A stretch of 64,000 nt of DNA from Gnetum montanum (lineage: Eukaryota > Plantae > Gnetophyta), in the NCBI GenBank assembly GCA_015680685.1, contig MNCI01000381.1, positions 266,421 through 330,420 on the forward strand. Direction: 5' to 3'. Positions 27,682-41,375 of the stretch are shown one piece after another (within the stretch, counting starts at the first letter, position 1; each line of letters begins with the position of its first letter). The translations under genes and the position numbers were made by a program. The notes beneath the pieces were generated by a model. It was not told the DNA's origin and ran no database searches. It saw nothing but the letters and a program-made list of their open reading frames with translations.

Positions 27682-29307
27682 CTAATCATTGACCTTGGTC
27701 ACATCATCTGAATCCTCATTGGAAGCAGCTACAACTCAAGAAGGATGGTAGGTCTCTTCCTCATCAACAACGCAATTGGTATTGGAGTTGGACACATGCT
27801 ACTCATCATCATCATCCAAAGGAGGTGGTTTGACTAGAGCTCTCTGCATATGAAGCTTCACTCAAGATTAAGATGAAGCTAGTGGATCTAGCTGAGATGG
27901 AGCCTACTGAGAGGATGAGAAAGCTCCCTTCCTTTGATAGGTGAGAGGGTCAACAAGTCTCCTTTGGGAAGAAGTCCCAAAGGTGCTCTTCATAGCCTAT
28001 TTCTCAAAAGTCCTTGAAGCATCATCCTAAGGAGAGGAGCTTGGTCTTGATTGCATAGTATCAAGAAGCTCCCCTTGGACACATGCTGGTGGTATATCAA
28101 GCTCATTTGATTCACAAGCATTTTCTCAGTCATAGGCTTGGGAAGGCCCAGCTGCTATCAAATGTCTTAGTGGAGTAGGAAGGTCCTCCTCACTTTCTAA
28201 AATGGGAGGAGTGGTGATCTCCTCAAACTACTGGCCATTTGGAGGAAGAGGTACTCTAGCTATGTCCATTCTCTTATGAAGGTAAGAGAAATTCTTGCTA
28301 ATCATCCAAAATCTACAAGTAGATGGACTAAATGGCTTCTTCAATGAAGATCTCATCTAGCTTCTAGTTGATTTGGACCTTCTCAACTGAGGAGAGGCCC
28401 AAGATGGTGATGTAGATCTCTTCTTTTGGGAATTTTGTGGCTTGGTGCTAGTTTTTGCTTATTCAACATGGGTGGAGCCCCTCTTCTCTACATTCTCACT
28501 AATTCTCCTATTACATTTAAGAAAAGGCATGTCAAGAATGAGAACATCTATTTATCAAATCAACAAACTAATGAAGTGTGGGTGCCCAAGGATTCTCTCC
28601 TTGTTGAACAAGTCCAACATGTCACGACAAAGAGTATGACCCAAGTCTAATGGTTGTTCTATAAGAAGGAAGTATAGAACAAATGACTAGGCAGGAAACA
28701 AATAATTATATCTTTTCCCTTTTACAATTAAGTTATACAAAATAATTAGTCATAGGATAGAAGCATCTAGTGCCATATAACTCCTATAAATTCTCCCACT
28801 ACGAAGAAACACTAACTCCCAAAACAATGCATCACAAAATTCATCTTGGGAAACTAGAATCACACCATTTGTAAAAATGTCACTCATGGAATGAATGGTG
28901 ATTCTAAATACATTAGCACTAGAAATTCCAAGTAATGAATTTACAACTTGAGGACACAAATCAATTAGCAAACCATAAACCATGGTTGTAAAGGCCCTAG
29001 CAAAATCATTTGTAATGACTATGTTGCTATAAAATTCTCTAATGATAATTTCAAGCACACCAAAATTCATATAGATAAACATGATCTAATTCAATTCCTG
29101 AATGAAACTCATCAAATCCTTCTGCCTATGTTTTTGGAAAGCAAGAGAATGCTCAGAGATGATGGAAACAATTTGAGTTACCTCAAACTTGTGCTAGGCA
29201 TTGATGGATCTAAAGTGGGGGTTGTAGTTGCTTGGATTGATGGTGGATGTTCTCTTTGATTTCTTCTTTTGTAGCACCCTTAATGTTCCAACTTTCTTGT
29301 GGGCCAT
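27682..29307 (-). pseudogene. D1 env-like / Transposase_32-like ORF2
   Basis: Starts MAHKK at 29307; FRSINA.HKF; IIREFYSN..VYGLLIDLCPQVVNSLLGI (ORF 28750-29082); acidic C-terminus ending at TAG 27682, upstream of the PPTs. Confidence 0.7.
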
Positions 29308-29729
29308 GGATGCTCAAATCATTGTCTTTGGTAGGGCCTTGGTCATCTCTCCTTGATCATCTCATTAAAAATGAGCCAAAAAAAGGGTTTGGATTTATAT
29401 AATTGCATTCAATGAAGGTTTTTAATGAAGAAATAGACATATTCTTTGAAAGATATATGTCTCCTCCATGCTTAAAACTACAAGTAGACATCTATTTTGA
29501 AAATTCGATGTGTTTTCCATAGTAAATAAAAACTCAAATATATGTCTTGTTTGTGGAGTAGATGTCTCTTAGGAGACATCTTGTTTTCAATGCAGATGTA
29601 TCATGGGAGATGTCTCCTGGTAGACATCTCTGGAAGATGGGGTTTAGCAAGATAAGGCATAGGGATTTCTACTAAGCATTATAGTATTAAAAGATACTTA
29701 CAATGAATTAAAAGCTTACCTCTACTTAC

Positions 29730-31596
29730 CCTCCTTGCTAATGAAAAGATGAGAGCACCTAAGAAAATTGATGAAGAGATTCCTCTATTGAGGTACCTCT
29801 TTTTGCATTAACTTACTCTATTTTCAAGGATTTCCTTCCTTTCACAAAGTTACTAGAGAGAGTCTTGTCACTATCATTTTCTTTTCTTTTGATTCTCCAT
29901 ATCTTCTTAGCTTTCTTCTCCTTTTGAGTTGTCCTTGTTTTCTTGCAGTCCTGCATAGTTTCCTTTCTAGACACATTTGGGTAAGACCAAGGAATCTTAT
30001 AATATAACAAAGTGTTCATACGATAATATTTAAGATTACAACTCCATTGCTTATGCCCAAACTTATTACAATAATAACATCTAACCTCTCTAGAGTAATC
30101 AAACCTTGGAACTATTCATGGATAGGATGTGATATTTGTTGATCCTTCAATCTTTAAAGAAGCATTTTGTTTGGATGAAGTTCGTGTAGATGCTTCTTCT
30201 TGTGAGCAAAAACCTACTACACTTTTATCATGTGGACTGCTTCCTTGTCCAAGAACCATATGAAGGAACTCTTTTCCTTTGACTAGCCTTTCATTTACAA
30301 GTTTGACAATTGCAAGTTCTTCCTTAATCTACTCATAAGACTTGGTTAGCTCTATATTCTCAACCCTAAGGTTTGAGATTTCTTTTTTGATATAAAAAAT
30401 TGTCATATTTAATGAAGAAATATCTTGATCCTTTCTTTTTATTTTCTTAGTCAATTTCACACAAAGACCTTGAAATGATAAGATTTCCTTACATAATAGG
30501 TCATACCGCTCTTCCTCATTATTAGATCGATCATCATCTGAGATGCTAGGATCATCATCTGTGAGAGTCATATAGATAAGGTGTGAAGCTTATGCATCAT
30601 CCTTCACCTCTTCTTTACTTTGTTCTTGATCATCCTAAATTGTGTAGAAATTGGTTTTTTTCCAAATTCACATCCCATTATAACCTATCATTTCTAAGGC
30701 ATTCAAAGGTCACATGGTCTCTTCCATCACAAATCCAACACTCTATCAAAAAAGAATCAAAATTAGAGTTTGACGAATACTTACCCTTAACATTTCCTTT
30801 GAATTAGATTGATTGGAACCTAATTCATTCAAACTCCTTTCCTTTCTTACAAGAAGTTGTTGAACTCATCTTGAAAGAAGAGCTATCTCCTCTTCCTTGA
30901 TCACATCTTGCTCAGCAGGTTCATTTTTCTTGGAGGTTGATTTTAGGACAATGGGCTTTTCTTTTATTACCCATTCACTTATGATCATTTCATAAGCAAT
31001 AAGAGCACTTTGAAGCTTTTTGAATTTTAGAACTGAAAAATCTCTAATCTCCTCCATGGCTATAACCTTAGGTTTAAATTTTGGCTAGAGTGTTTAAATC
31101 ATGTTTATTATCAAATCACTTTTAGGCAGGTCCTTACCTATACCCCTAATTGCTACAGCTGGATCATTAGCCCTAGAAAAATAGTCTTTTATCTTTTCAC
31201 CTTCTCTCATTTTGAGTTTTTTATACTTACTTTGTAAGACCAAAAGTTTAAATTTTTTGACTATGGATGTGCCTTCATAAGTAGCTTCTAGGGTTTTCCA
31301 AATTTCCTTAACATTTCTACAACTAGCTATCCTATTAAATTCAAACTTATTTAATGCACAATATAAACAATGTTTTGCTCTGAATCATACATAAACTTAT
31401 CTCTTTCTTTTGATGTCCAATTGCTCCATGGTTTGAGGGCCTTTGTTGCACTATCGACTGGTGTTGTGTATCCTTCAAGAATATACTCCCAAACCTCAAA
31501 CTTCATTGACTTGAAAAAGCCCTACATTCTTGCCTTTCAATAGGCAAAATCAAATCCATTGAACATAGGTGGTTTTATGTACGATGTTCCCTCCAT
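29730..31596 (-). pseudogene. gag: D1 gag
   Basis: MEGTSYIKPPMFNG.DFAY.KARM; zinc knuckles CWICDGRDHVTFEC (~30700-30740) and CYYCNKFGHKQWSC (~30040-30080); coiled coil 30329-30571; KKIWRIK. Confidence 0.85.
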
Positions 31597-31797
31597 AGTT
31601 CACTCTTGGATGTTAATGTTGAGCACAAGAGTACCAAGATTTGATACCACTTGACGATCGAGATCTTAGAAGGGGAAAATGAATAAGTTCCCCAACTCAC
31701 AAGCAACACCTATTACACAAAACACAAAAATTATGTGGTTTCCCAACCTAGGTAGTCCACACTTGAAGGGTAGATTCCTTGCACACCTCCAAACTTT

Positions 31798-34700
31798 GTG
31801 TGGATCATTTAGTATGTTTTGGTATGTGTTAAAAAATTAAGAAAAATGGAGTCAAAGGTTGTTTTCATGGGTGTATGATTATTGTGTTTGTAGGATTATG
31901 TACACAGGAAACCAAGATAAGCTAAATAGGACAAAGAATGAACTATTTAGAGCTCAAAGGAGGAGGTCATCCACATGATCTTCAAATGAATATTCAAAGA
32001 ATGTGGACAAGTACCAAATACTATGTAAGAAAAGTTATCATCATCAAATCATGTGGAAGATCAAGGTTATGGACAAGGAATAATGAATTCAAAAGATAAA
32101 GAAAGTAGAAGAAAGACGTCCTTGGGAAACAGCAAATGTCTTGGTAGAATTGGAGTAATCTTAGGAAAAGACATCTTCAAGAAATAGAAGACATCTTTCT
32201 CCAAGAAAAGATGTCTTCATCACAAAAATACGTCTTCACTGAATGAAGGTTAGTACCAAAAAGATGTCTTCTAGAATGAAGACTTTAGAAAGCAGTCTTA
32301 AATGAAACCAAGACATCTTCCCAATATTGAAGGCAAATTTAGAGAGACATCTCAAGCATGAAGAAGATGTCTTCCATGATCATTAGTGACCATTGGCTAT
32401 CCTTTGCATGAGTTCCAAGATGGATTTAGAAACATAGCAACTATAATAGGACTTGATGTACATTGGGAAATGTGCAAGCCTTGTTGTATTCATTATATAA
32501 TCATTTGTAATTATTGAGTTATTTGTTGCTCCTCATTATCTTATCATTTTGGCATTTTAAAGTATGTTGTACCTAACTATACAAGGATTAGCAAAATGAG
32601 TTGCAATTATCCCTTCTAATTCTTATTCTTGTTGCCCTATGGGGTTGATGTGCTTGAGCTTATCAGGATCCTATGAGATAGAGTTGTTGGTGCTATGATA
32701 CAACACTCTAATATGGAGCTCAAGATTGTAAAGGTTGTGGAAGCCTTAAAACCACATTTCCAAGACTGATTGGACTTTGTGGGGTTGAGTGATTGGTGTT
32801 ACAGTACAACACTCTAGAGTGAGGCTTAAAGACTGCACAAGCTATGGATCCTTCAACCACATTTTTAGAGCAATAAACTCTAGAGGTATGCTTATGATCT
32901 ATCCTCTAAGCATGGACTATCCAAGTTGGGAAACCACATTACATTTGGTGTGTGTGCTTTGTATCTTTAAGTTTTAATTTGGAGAGCTTATTCATCTCCA
33001 CCTTCTAAATTTAATGATCCACAAGTGGTATCGGAGCTTGGTACTCTTCTCTATCATCATCTACTTCAAGAGTGAATAATGGAGGGAACATCTTACACAA
33101 AGGAACCCATGTTTGACAGACTCAAATTTGCCTATTGGAAAGCTAAAATGCAAGGGTTCTTCAAATCCATGTAGCATGGGAGTTAATTTTGGAAGATTAC
33201 GTTCCACCTGTTCCACCTTGCAACAAATGATCTCAAGAGGAAAAGGATAAGTTCATGTTTGATTCAAAAGAAAAAAATTGTTGATTCAAAAGAAATTTGG
33301 CAAAATTTAAAAGTACTTATGAAGGAACCTCTATTGTTGAACAATTGAAATTGTTAGTTTTACAAAGTGAATATGATAAACTCAAAATGAGAGAAGGTGA
33401 TAAAATCAAGGATTATTTTTCTAGAGCTAATGATCTTGTTGTACTAATCAGAGGAACATGAAAAGATTTTCCCTAAAGCACTATCATTATCAAAATAATC
33501 AGAAATCTTCAACCGAAGTTTAGACCTAAGGTCATAGCCATGGAGGAAATTAGAGATTTCTCAACTCTAAAATTTGGGGAACTTTAAAGTTCTCTTATTG
33601 CCTATGAAATGAATCTCATAAGTGGAGGAGCGATTCAAGAAAGACCTATTACTCTAAAGACTACCTCCAAGGATAAGGAGGTTAATGAGCATGATGAGAG
33701 AAATGAAGATGAGATTACTCCTTTCCCAAGGAGACTACAACGATTGCTTATAAGAAGAAACAAAGGGACATCTTGGCAATAGAAAAGACCTAATTCCTTC
33801 AAAGGTAGAGAAAGAGGTAGAAATGTTTTATATTCTTCTAATCTAGATTTTTCCTCTATAGAATGTTGGGTTTGTGGAGGAAGAGGTCATATGGACTTCA
33901 AATGTTCTAGTAATCTAAGTAATAGTAAGGTACAACCAAGGAATAGATCCAATGATGAGGAATAAAAAAAGCCAACTTTTATACAAGTTGGGATGATGGT
34001 GAGCAAAGTGAAGAAGAAGAATGCAATTGTTCCAAAGATTTACATCTCATATTTATGGTGCTTATTGATGAAAATTCCTCACTTGTAGTTGAACAAGATG
34101 GTAAGTCTGACAAGAGGTATAGTGAATTTAAAGAAGAAATTTTTGTTTTACATCATTTCATTAGGAAGGCAAAGACACTTGTACTTTCTAATTTAGATGC
34201 TATTCATTCTGAAGTGAAGGAAGAAATCTTAGATATAAAAGCTAAGATTCAACAAATAACCTCTTTAAATAAGGATTGCAACAAGCTTCAAGAATAAGAG
34301 AAAATTAGCCAAAGAATTTAGAGGAAGCAACACATGAAAATAAAAGCTCAAGCTCAAGCATAGTAAGATTTGATAATTTTGATCATAAGGATAATATTTT
34401 ATTTATGTGTAAAAATTCTGGTAGTAAGAAAGCTCTTAGATATGATGATCAAAATAAGATTAATGCTTGGTCTTGTCAAAAAGGCTTTGGTAAGGAAATT
34501 GTGCAAGTACCAATAAATGAGAATGAAGGGAAGTGGAGTCATGAAAATAATGCAAAAGGTGCTTAAGAGTTATATCATAAGGAACATGAACAAATAGAGA
34601 CATCACATACACAATCTAATGAAACAGAACCTAAGGATGAGGAGGTACTTCATGATAGGGGACCTCATCTCAAACTTCATTAATCTTCTCTTCTCATCAA

Positions 34701-37400
34701 CAAGCAAGGTAAGTCAAGGTAAGTCTCTATCTCTTTGCTTGCTAGTTATTAAGGTTAGTATATGAGAAGTCCTAAATTATCTATGTCTTAGACCAAAAAT
34801 GGTGGAATAAGTGTCTATAGCATTTCTTATGTTCATAATATTGACATAATTGGTTTTGTGAGGATTTATAATAATACTTGTAATAATTTCCCTTGGATCT
34901 TTACCTTATAGCAATTCTAACTTGATTTCTTATCTTGCAGTTAGTCTTTCTTAATCTAAAATTCTTGTGACAATTTGTTTCTATGCTCATAGTCTTTGGG
35001 ATGATTTTTTCATTTTTTAAGATAATATAAACCTCAAAAAATTCTATTAATATTGCTAGTTGAAGATATAGATCTTCACAATTGGGCTTAATGTTGATCT
35101 ATAGTTATGATGTTGTTCTATGGCTTGCATTTTGGTCTTAAGGGCCTAGAAGAATTGCACATGTGTAGGGGGAGCCTATTCCTCATTATCAATCATCATC
35201 TTGGAGATCACAAATGTATGGGAAGTCTTCAAAGACCTCAAACTTTGAAACAACAAATTATTCCACAATGAGCAAAGATTCATGACATGCAAAATATTCA
35301 AGTTAAAAGTAGGATTAACTCTTGATTAAGCTATCTTACAAGTAATTTTACCTAACAACTATCTAAAATATTACTAAAGCCTATGTAGCTTTCTTGAACA
35401 TTGATTTTTCTTTTTGTTTTCCTTCTTGATGTTTACTAAGAGTTGAGTTCAGCTAGAATCATAACACATTTTTTTAAAAGAAATTTTTCTTCCAAAATTA
35501 ACTTTAACATAAGGTAGATCCTATATTGATTTTTAGTCCTTTGAAAATGTCTTGAGACACTTGATGAAACACCTCCTTCTACATGCTCTATCCTTCATAT
35601 TTTGTGCTAAAGTTTATTAACAAACTATTTTTACTTAATCATATATACATTAGTAGAGAACTTCAAAAAGTATATGAACATATACTTATCAACATGTTTT
35701 ATTTTTGATCAATGGTTGTGAATGTTGCATTGTCTTGAACAAATAATGAAATATGCATGTCTCACTCATAGCTTCCTTATTCTCATGGAAATTTCAAAAT
35801 TTCTAGTTAAGTATAACAATGCAAGTTTTAATGAGACAACTAGATAATATGCTTGTTCCTACTTGTTCTACCTTTGGCCTTTAAAATTGAATGTTAATGA
35901 TCCTTATTGAATTAATTTTAGCTCCTTCTTTTTGACCTCAAAAGACTTGTTCTCAATTTTCACAATCACACCTTAAGTGGAGGATGCAGTACATTCCTTA
36001 CTACATTTTGAGCAATAACATGATTACTCTATGGGAACATATCCATGTCTATTCTTCCTAACTAATGAATCTAACATCAATGGTTTTCCATTATGAACTT
36101 GTATGGCTATATTTACCTCACCATAAAGATATGCCCAATTTGCTAATGTTTTACAAAGATGGAGAATATTTGATCATTCCAAGCACCATGCACTACTAAT
36201 GACTTATTCTTTTAGAGATAGGTTGCTTAATTTTCAAAGCCTTTACTTCACTTCAAGGTTGAATTTCACTTGAAAGGTTTGGTTCTACTCTTGCCAAATT
36301 TGGGGCACCTCTTCGTGGACCTAATAAATACATACTTACTATATCTTTTTAGGATTATGAGTGATACTTGGCTCTACATATTATCTAGATATTCTTGTTC
36401 TTTTATATATTTTATAACCAAGTTTGAGCACTTTATCCTTTTTGTTGTTGTTCAAAAAGGGGGAGAGTAGTATGATTATATTCTTATGATCACTAAACCA
36501 TTTTCTTAAGTTTTTAACATCACTAAAAGGGAAATTCTAGACCCTTTAATGTGTTTTGGTGTGTGTTAAAATGTTAAGCAAAATGTAGTCAAAGGTTTTT
36601 TACATGGTTGTATGATTATTATGTTTGTAGGACTACATACATAGGAAACCAAGATGAGCTAAAAAGAATAAGGAACAAACTATTTAGAGCTCAAAGTAGA
36701 AGGTCACCACATGATCTACAAACGAATATTTAAAGAACATGAAAAAGGATTAAATAATGTACAAGCAAAGTTATCATCATCAAAGCATGTCGAAGATCAA
36801 GGCTATGGATAAGGAATGATGAATTCAAATGAAAAAGAAAGTGGAGGAAAGACTTCTTTGAGAAATAGTAAACATCTTGGTAGAATTGGAGTAATCTCAA
36901 GCAGAGATGTCTTTCTCCAGCAAAAGATGTCTTCATCACAAAAAGACATCTTCACCAAATGAAGGTCAGTACCAAAAAGAAATCTTCCATAAGACAAAGA
37001 CATCTTCCAGAATGGAGACTTTAGAAAGATACCTTTCACAAAACAAAGACATCTTTCCAAAATTGAAGGCAAATTCAAAGAGATGTCTCAGGCATGAAGA
37101 AGATGTCTTCCATGGTCATTAGTGATCATTAGCTAGCCATTGCACAAGTTCCAAGATGGACTTAGAAACATAGTAGCTATAAGAAAACTTGATGTGCATT
37201 AGGAAATGTGCAAGCCTTGTTTTGTACATTGTGAAATCATTTATAATCATTGAGTTCTCTATTGCTCCTCATTATCTTATAATTTTGGCATTGTAAAGTG
37301 TGTTGTACAAGAATTAATGAACTAAGTTGCAATTATCCCTTGTAATTCTTGTTCTTGTTGCCCTGCGGGGTTGATGTGCTTGAGCTTTTCGAGATCCTAC
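31798..37400 (+). mobile_element. Pol-less (gag-only) Sirevirus-like element D2, nested in the D1 5' LTR
   Basis: 5' LTR ~31798-33023; PBS TGGTATCGGAGC 33026-33037; multi-PPT CAAAAAGGGGGAG ~36454 and ~36525; 3' LTR from ~36536 running into gap 37401-37838. Confidence 0.85.
33079..34708 (+). pseudogene. gag: D2 gag
   Basis: MEGTSYTKEPMFD..FAYWKAKMQGFFKSM; KVIAMEEIRD; CWVCGGRGHMDFKC ~33864-33905; coiled coil 34055-34297. Confidence 0.85.
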
Positions 37401-40400
37401 NNNNNNNNNNNNNNNNNNNNNNNNNNNNNNNNNNNNNNNNNNNNNNNNNNNNNNNNNNNNNNNNNNNNNNNNNNNNNNNNNNNNNNNNNNNNNNNNNNNN
37501 NNNNNNNNNNNNNNNNNNNNNNNNNNNNNNNNNNNNNNNNNNNNNNNNNNNNNNNNNNNNNNNNNNNNNNNNNNNNNNNNNNNNNNNNNNNNNNNNNNNN
37601 NNNNNNNNNNNNNNNNNNNNNNNNNNNNNNNNNNNNNNNNNNNNNNNNNNNNNNNNNNNNNNNNNNNNNNNNNNNNNNNNNNNNNNNNNNNNNNNNNNNN
37701 NNNNNNNNNNNNNNNNNNNNNNNNNNNNNNNNNNNNNNNNNNNNNNNNNNNNNNNNNNNNNNNNNNNNNNNNNNNNNNNNNNNNNNNNNNNNNNNNNNNN
37801 NNNNNNNNNNNNNNNNNNNNNNNNNNNNNNNNNNNNNNAGCCTTTATTTGGAGTGTTTTGATGCTACAAAACCACTCAATTCTATAAGATCCCAATAAGC
37901 TCAATACATATGCCTTCTTGCAAGAAGCACATCAACCACACAAGATAACAAGAAATAATATAAGTAAGGACAGAATGTAACTACAATTACAAGACCTTGC
38001 TGTTGAGGCTCAATTCAACATACAATTAACATACAACCAAGTAAATGACGTGGCGATGTAAGATAAGAGTTCAAGAGAATAGATATGAAAATGATTACTT
38101 TGATGTTCACAATTCATGCATAATACTCAAGAATATGATGTCTTCTTATAGCCTTGGAGTTTTCAAAGACACCTCAAAACTTGTGCAATGACTATCTAAT
38201 GGCTAGTGTAGATGTTTCCTTCAAAATTGGGACATCTCTCTGAATTCTACCTTAACTCTGGGGAACATCTCCTTTTAGAATGTAATGTCTCTAGAAGGAC
38301 ATCTTCTTTACAAATGAGACATCTCCTATTTTTGGGGGACATCTTCATGTGATTGACTCCCTCTTGGCCAAGACATCTTCTATTCTTTGGAGACATTTTC
38401 TCAACTTTTGAGCTTTAGTTCCTGAGGATTTCTCTTGTTGATTTAGATTTCTTTCAATCCCTAGAGAAACTTCATTTAACTCATAGCCTTTGTTTTTATC
38501 CATGCTTGTCAATGCTCTCATCTTGCCCATTTAGTCTTTGCTTTGACATCTCTTTGTAGATCTCATTTCTTAAGGTCTCATTCATGCCCTACAAAATCTT
38601 CCCATTTCATAAAAATTATATGTTCTCCATTTTCCTTAAGGTTTTGACATACCAAAAGGTCAAAAAATAATACTTATAATTAGATTCAGATCACTCTAGA
38701 AGACTAAGCCAAAACAACATTCATAAGTCCTTAGGGGACCTTTGCATATAGAAAGATGTCCTTTGGCCTACTTAATGCTTCTACCACTTTTAAGTAGCTG
38801 GTATTTGAAATTTTTCAATAGTAAATTAATAATGGTATTAAATTATTTATGGATAAGTTATCAACTTACAAGGCCAACTTTGAAAAAGCATTGGACCTTC
38901 TTAAGCAGGATGTAGAGAAATGTCTAGAAGCTAATTTTAAGCTCAACTAGCAAAAAAAGCCACTTGATGGTTTAGGAGGGTATTTTCCTAGGGTATCAAA
39001 TTTTAGAAACTGTATTGAGGTATACTTGAAGAAGATAATGGTGATATAAGGAATCATAAGGTAACCACAAACTATTAAAGATGCTAGATCCTTCCTTTGA
39101 CACATAAGTTACTACAAGAAGTTTATCAAAAAATTCTTAAAACTCATCAAACTATTGATGAAGATAACAAAGATGAAGTTTTCATTTGAATGAATTAAGG
39201 AATGCAAGAATGCTTTCTATTTATTTAAGTAGAGGCTTATAAAAACTCCAATTTTACAAGCACCAAACTAGTCCAAACAATTTCATATCATGATGAATGA
39301 TCTAATTTTGTCTTAGAAGTGGTACTCACGTAATTGGATGATTAAAAATGTCCATACTACATTTACTATATGAGTAGAAGCATTGTAAGTGCATAGTTAA
39401 ACTACATCATAATAGAGAAAAAATTGATGGTAGTAGTGTGTGCTCTTGAAAAATTCATGTATTATGTGCTTGGATATCCTCTCTTTATACACAGATCACA
39501 ATATCATCTAGTTCCTGATGAACAAACCAGCAATTAACCCCCATATCATATGATGATGATGATATTATAGAAGTTCAATCTTACTATTATGGATAGAAAG
39601 ATAACCAAGGATATATTTTTTGATCATCTATCTTGATTAATATGGGACAACAAGGTTGATGAAGAGTCAATTTTCAAGTAATTCCCTAATGAGCTACTTT
39701 TTTGCTAAAGTAGTTGTGGCCATAACTCAAAGAGCCAAAACCTAGTATGCTAGTTTCCTTTTATATCTACTCACACAAGACATCCCTACTAAATGAAATC
39801 AAAGAAAGAAGTAAGAATTCCTCCACCAAATTAAGTACTACATAAAGATAGAGGGAAACTTATACAAAATTTGCATTGACAATCTAGCTTAATGGTGTAT
39901 GCCGAAGGAAGATTAGCCAAAGATTTTCCAAGATTCTCATGAGGATCCTTGTGAGGGCCATTATCCTCAAAGAAGAATGGTCATGAATATCCTAATGGTA
40001 GGATACTCATGGCCAATGGTCTTCATAGACATCCATGACTTTGGCCACTCTTGTGAATGTTGCCAAAGAGATGAAGGCATGACCACTAGGATGAAAGAGC
40101 TCTAATAGTGGATTTAGTCACTAGAGCCTTTTAACATATGGAAAATTAACTTCATGGATCTCATCTCATCCATGTCCAAGAAGAAATCTTACATCATCAT
40201 TGTTGTTGATTACTCTATGAAATTAGTAGAGGCTGCCTCACAAATTATACTTTTACAACTACAACCCAATTGTTTTAATAGGTGGTAAACAAGTTTTGTG
40301 TGCCTCAAGAACTAATTTCTAATAATGAAATCCATTTCACAGATGCCACCTTTAAGAAGTTGATTTGAGGGCTAGAGCATAACTTACAACATCCTATCAT

Positions 40401-41074
40401 CCCCAAGAAAACAATTAAGAAAACATAAAAAAATAGAGTGACTACACAAATTCTAAGTAGAATAATTAGAAGATATAGAAAAGACTAAAGTACAAAAATT
40501 CTAAGTAGATATGGATCTATCACTCCATATGGAAACTTCCTATAAGCTACTCCCCATATGAGCTAGTGTACGACAAGTTCTACATCATTATTTATTTATG
40601 TTTTTTATATGTTTTCATTTTCCTATTAATTTTTTAGTTCTTTTTATTATTTATATTTCTTTGATTCATTACATTTTAACTCTTGTATTTATTATTACTA
40701 TTACATTAAATAAGGATTAACATATATGTGAATAAGTCAAGCTTATTATTGGAACTCTATTCTATGTTGGTAGTTTATCAAGCAAATAATGGTACAAGGT
40801 ACTGAGTCTGCAACATCCATTCCTTCATTCTATAAATAAAAGAGCCACATCATGGAGAACTATGATTCTTTCACATTGTAACTAAAATTAATTCATGATC
40901 TGTAAACCTAAAGAAAGGAAGAAGGACCAGGAGGGAATGAAAAATGATGTGGCATTAATGGGATTTGTTTATTCTCTAAAATTCTTCTATGGGTCTCGCT
41001 ATGCTACATGGTTAAATCATTTCTCATTTTTTAATTTTAAATGGAATCATATTCTCAAATAATTATTACCATGC

Positions 41075-41375
41075 CATGTCACTAGAAAGATGTGTTACAC
41101 ATGCCTAAAAGTAGTTCTCTAGTAAGGCCAATGCATTAATTAATTAATTCACATAAGAAACATTCTTTAAGGTACCACTAGAAAGGCATATTACCCATGA
41201 TTGAAGGTAAGCTACTTCTTAGGAACCAACAAAGGTCTCTTAGACTAGTCCTATTACACAATTACAAAGATAGGTTACCCATGCCTAAAGGCACTTTTCT
41301 AGTGAATTAGCATTGGTTAAGAGGCTAGAAAGACATGTTACCTATTCCTAAAGGTACTCCTATGACCAATGGATA
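41075..41375 (+). repeat. E2 3' UTR repeat, four copies of the E1-type unit
   Basis: CTAGAAAG(R)CATGTTACCCATGCCTGAAGGTA-like units at ~41081, 41177, 41263 and 41324. Confidence 0.8.

Larger units (their letters stand above)
26009..38665 (-). mobile_element. Pol-less Sirevirus-like Ty1/copia element D1
   Basis: 3' LTR 26009-27243; 5' LTR split into 31652-31797 and 37839-38665; TSD TATAA/AATAA in the E2 RT; iMet PBS 31638-31649; two PPT-like tracts (27246, 27653); gag and ORF2 present but no PR/INT/RT motifs. Confidence 0.85.

Noticed and set aside
41075-41375. CRISPR-like repeat-spacer appearance
   Set aside because: Degenerate repeats, irregular spacing, no cas genes, and plant retrotransposon UTR context.
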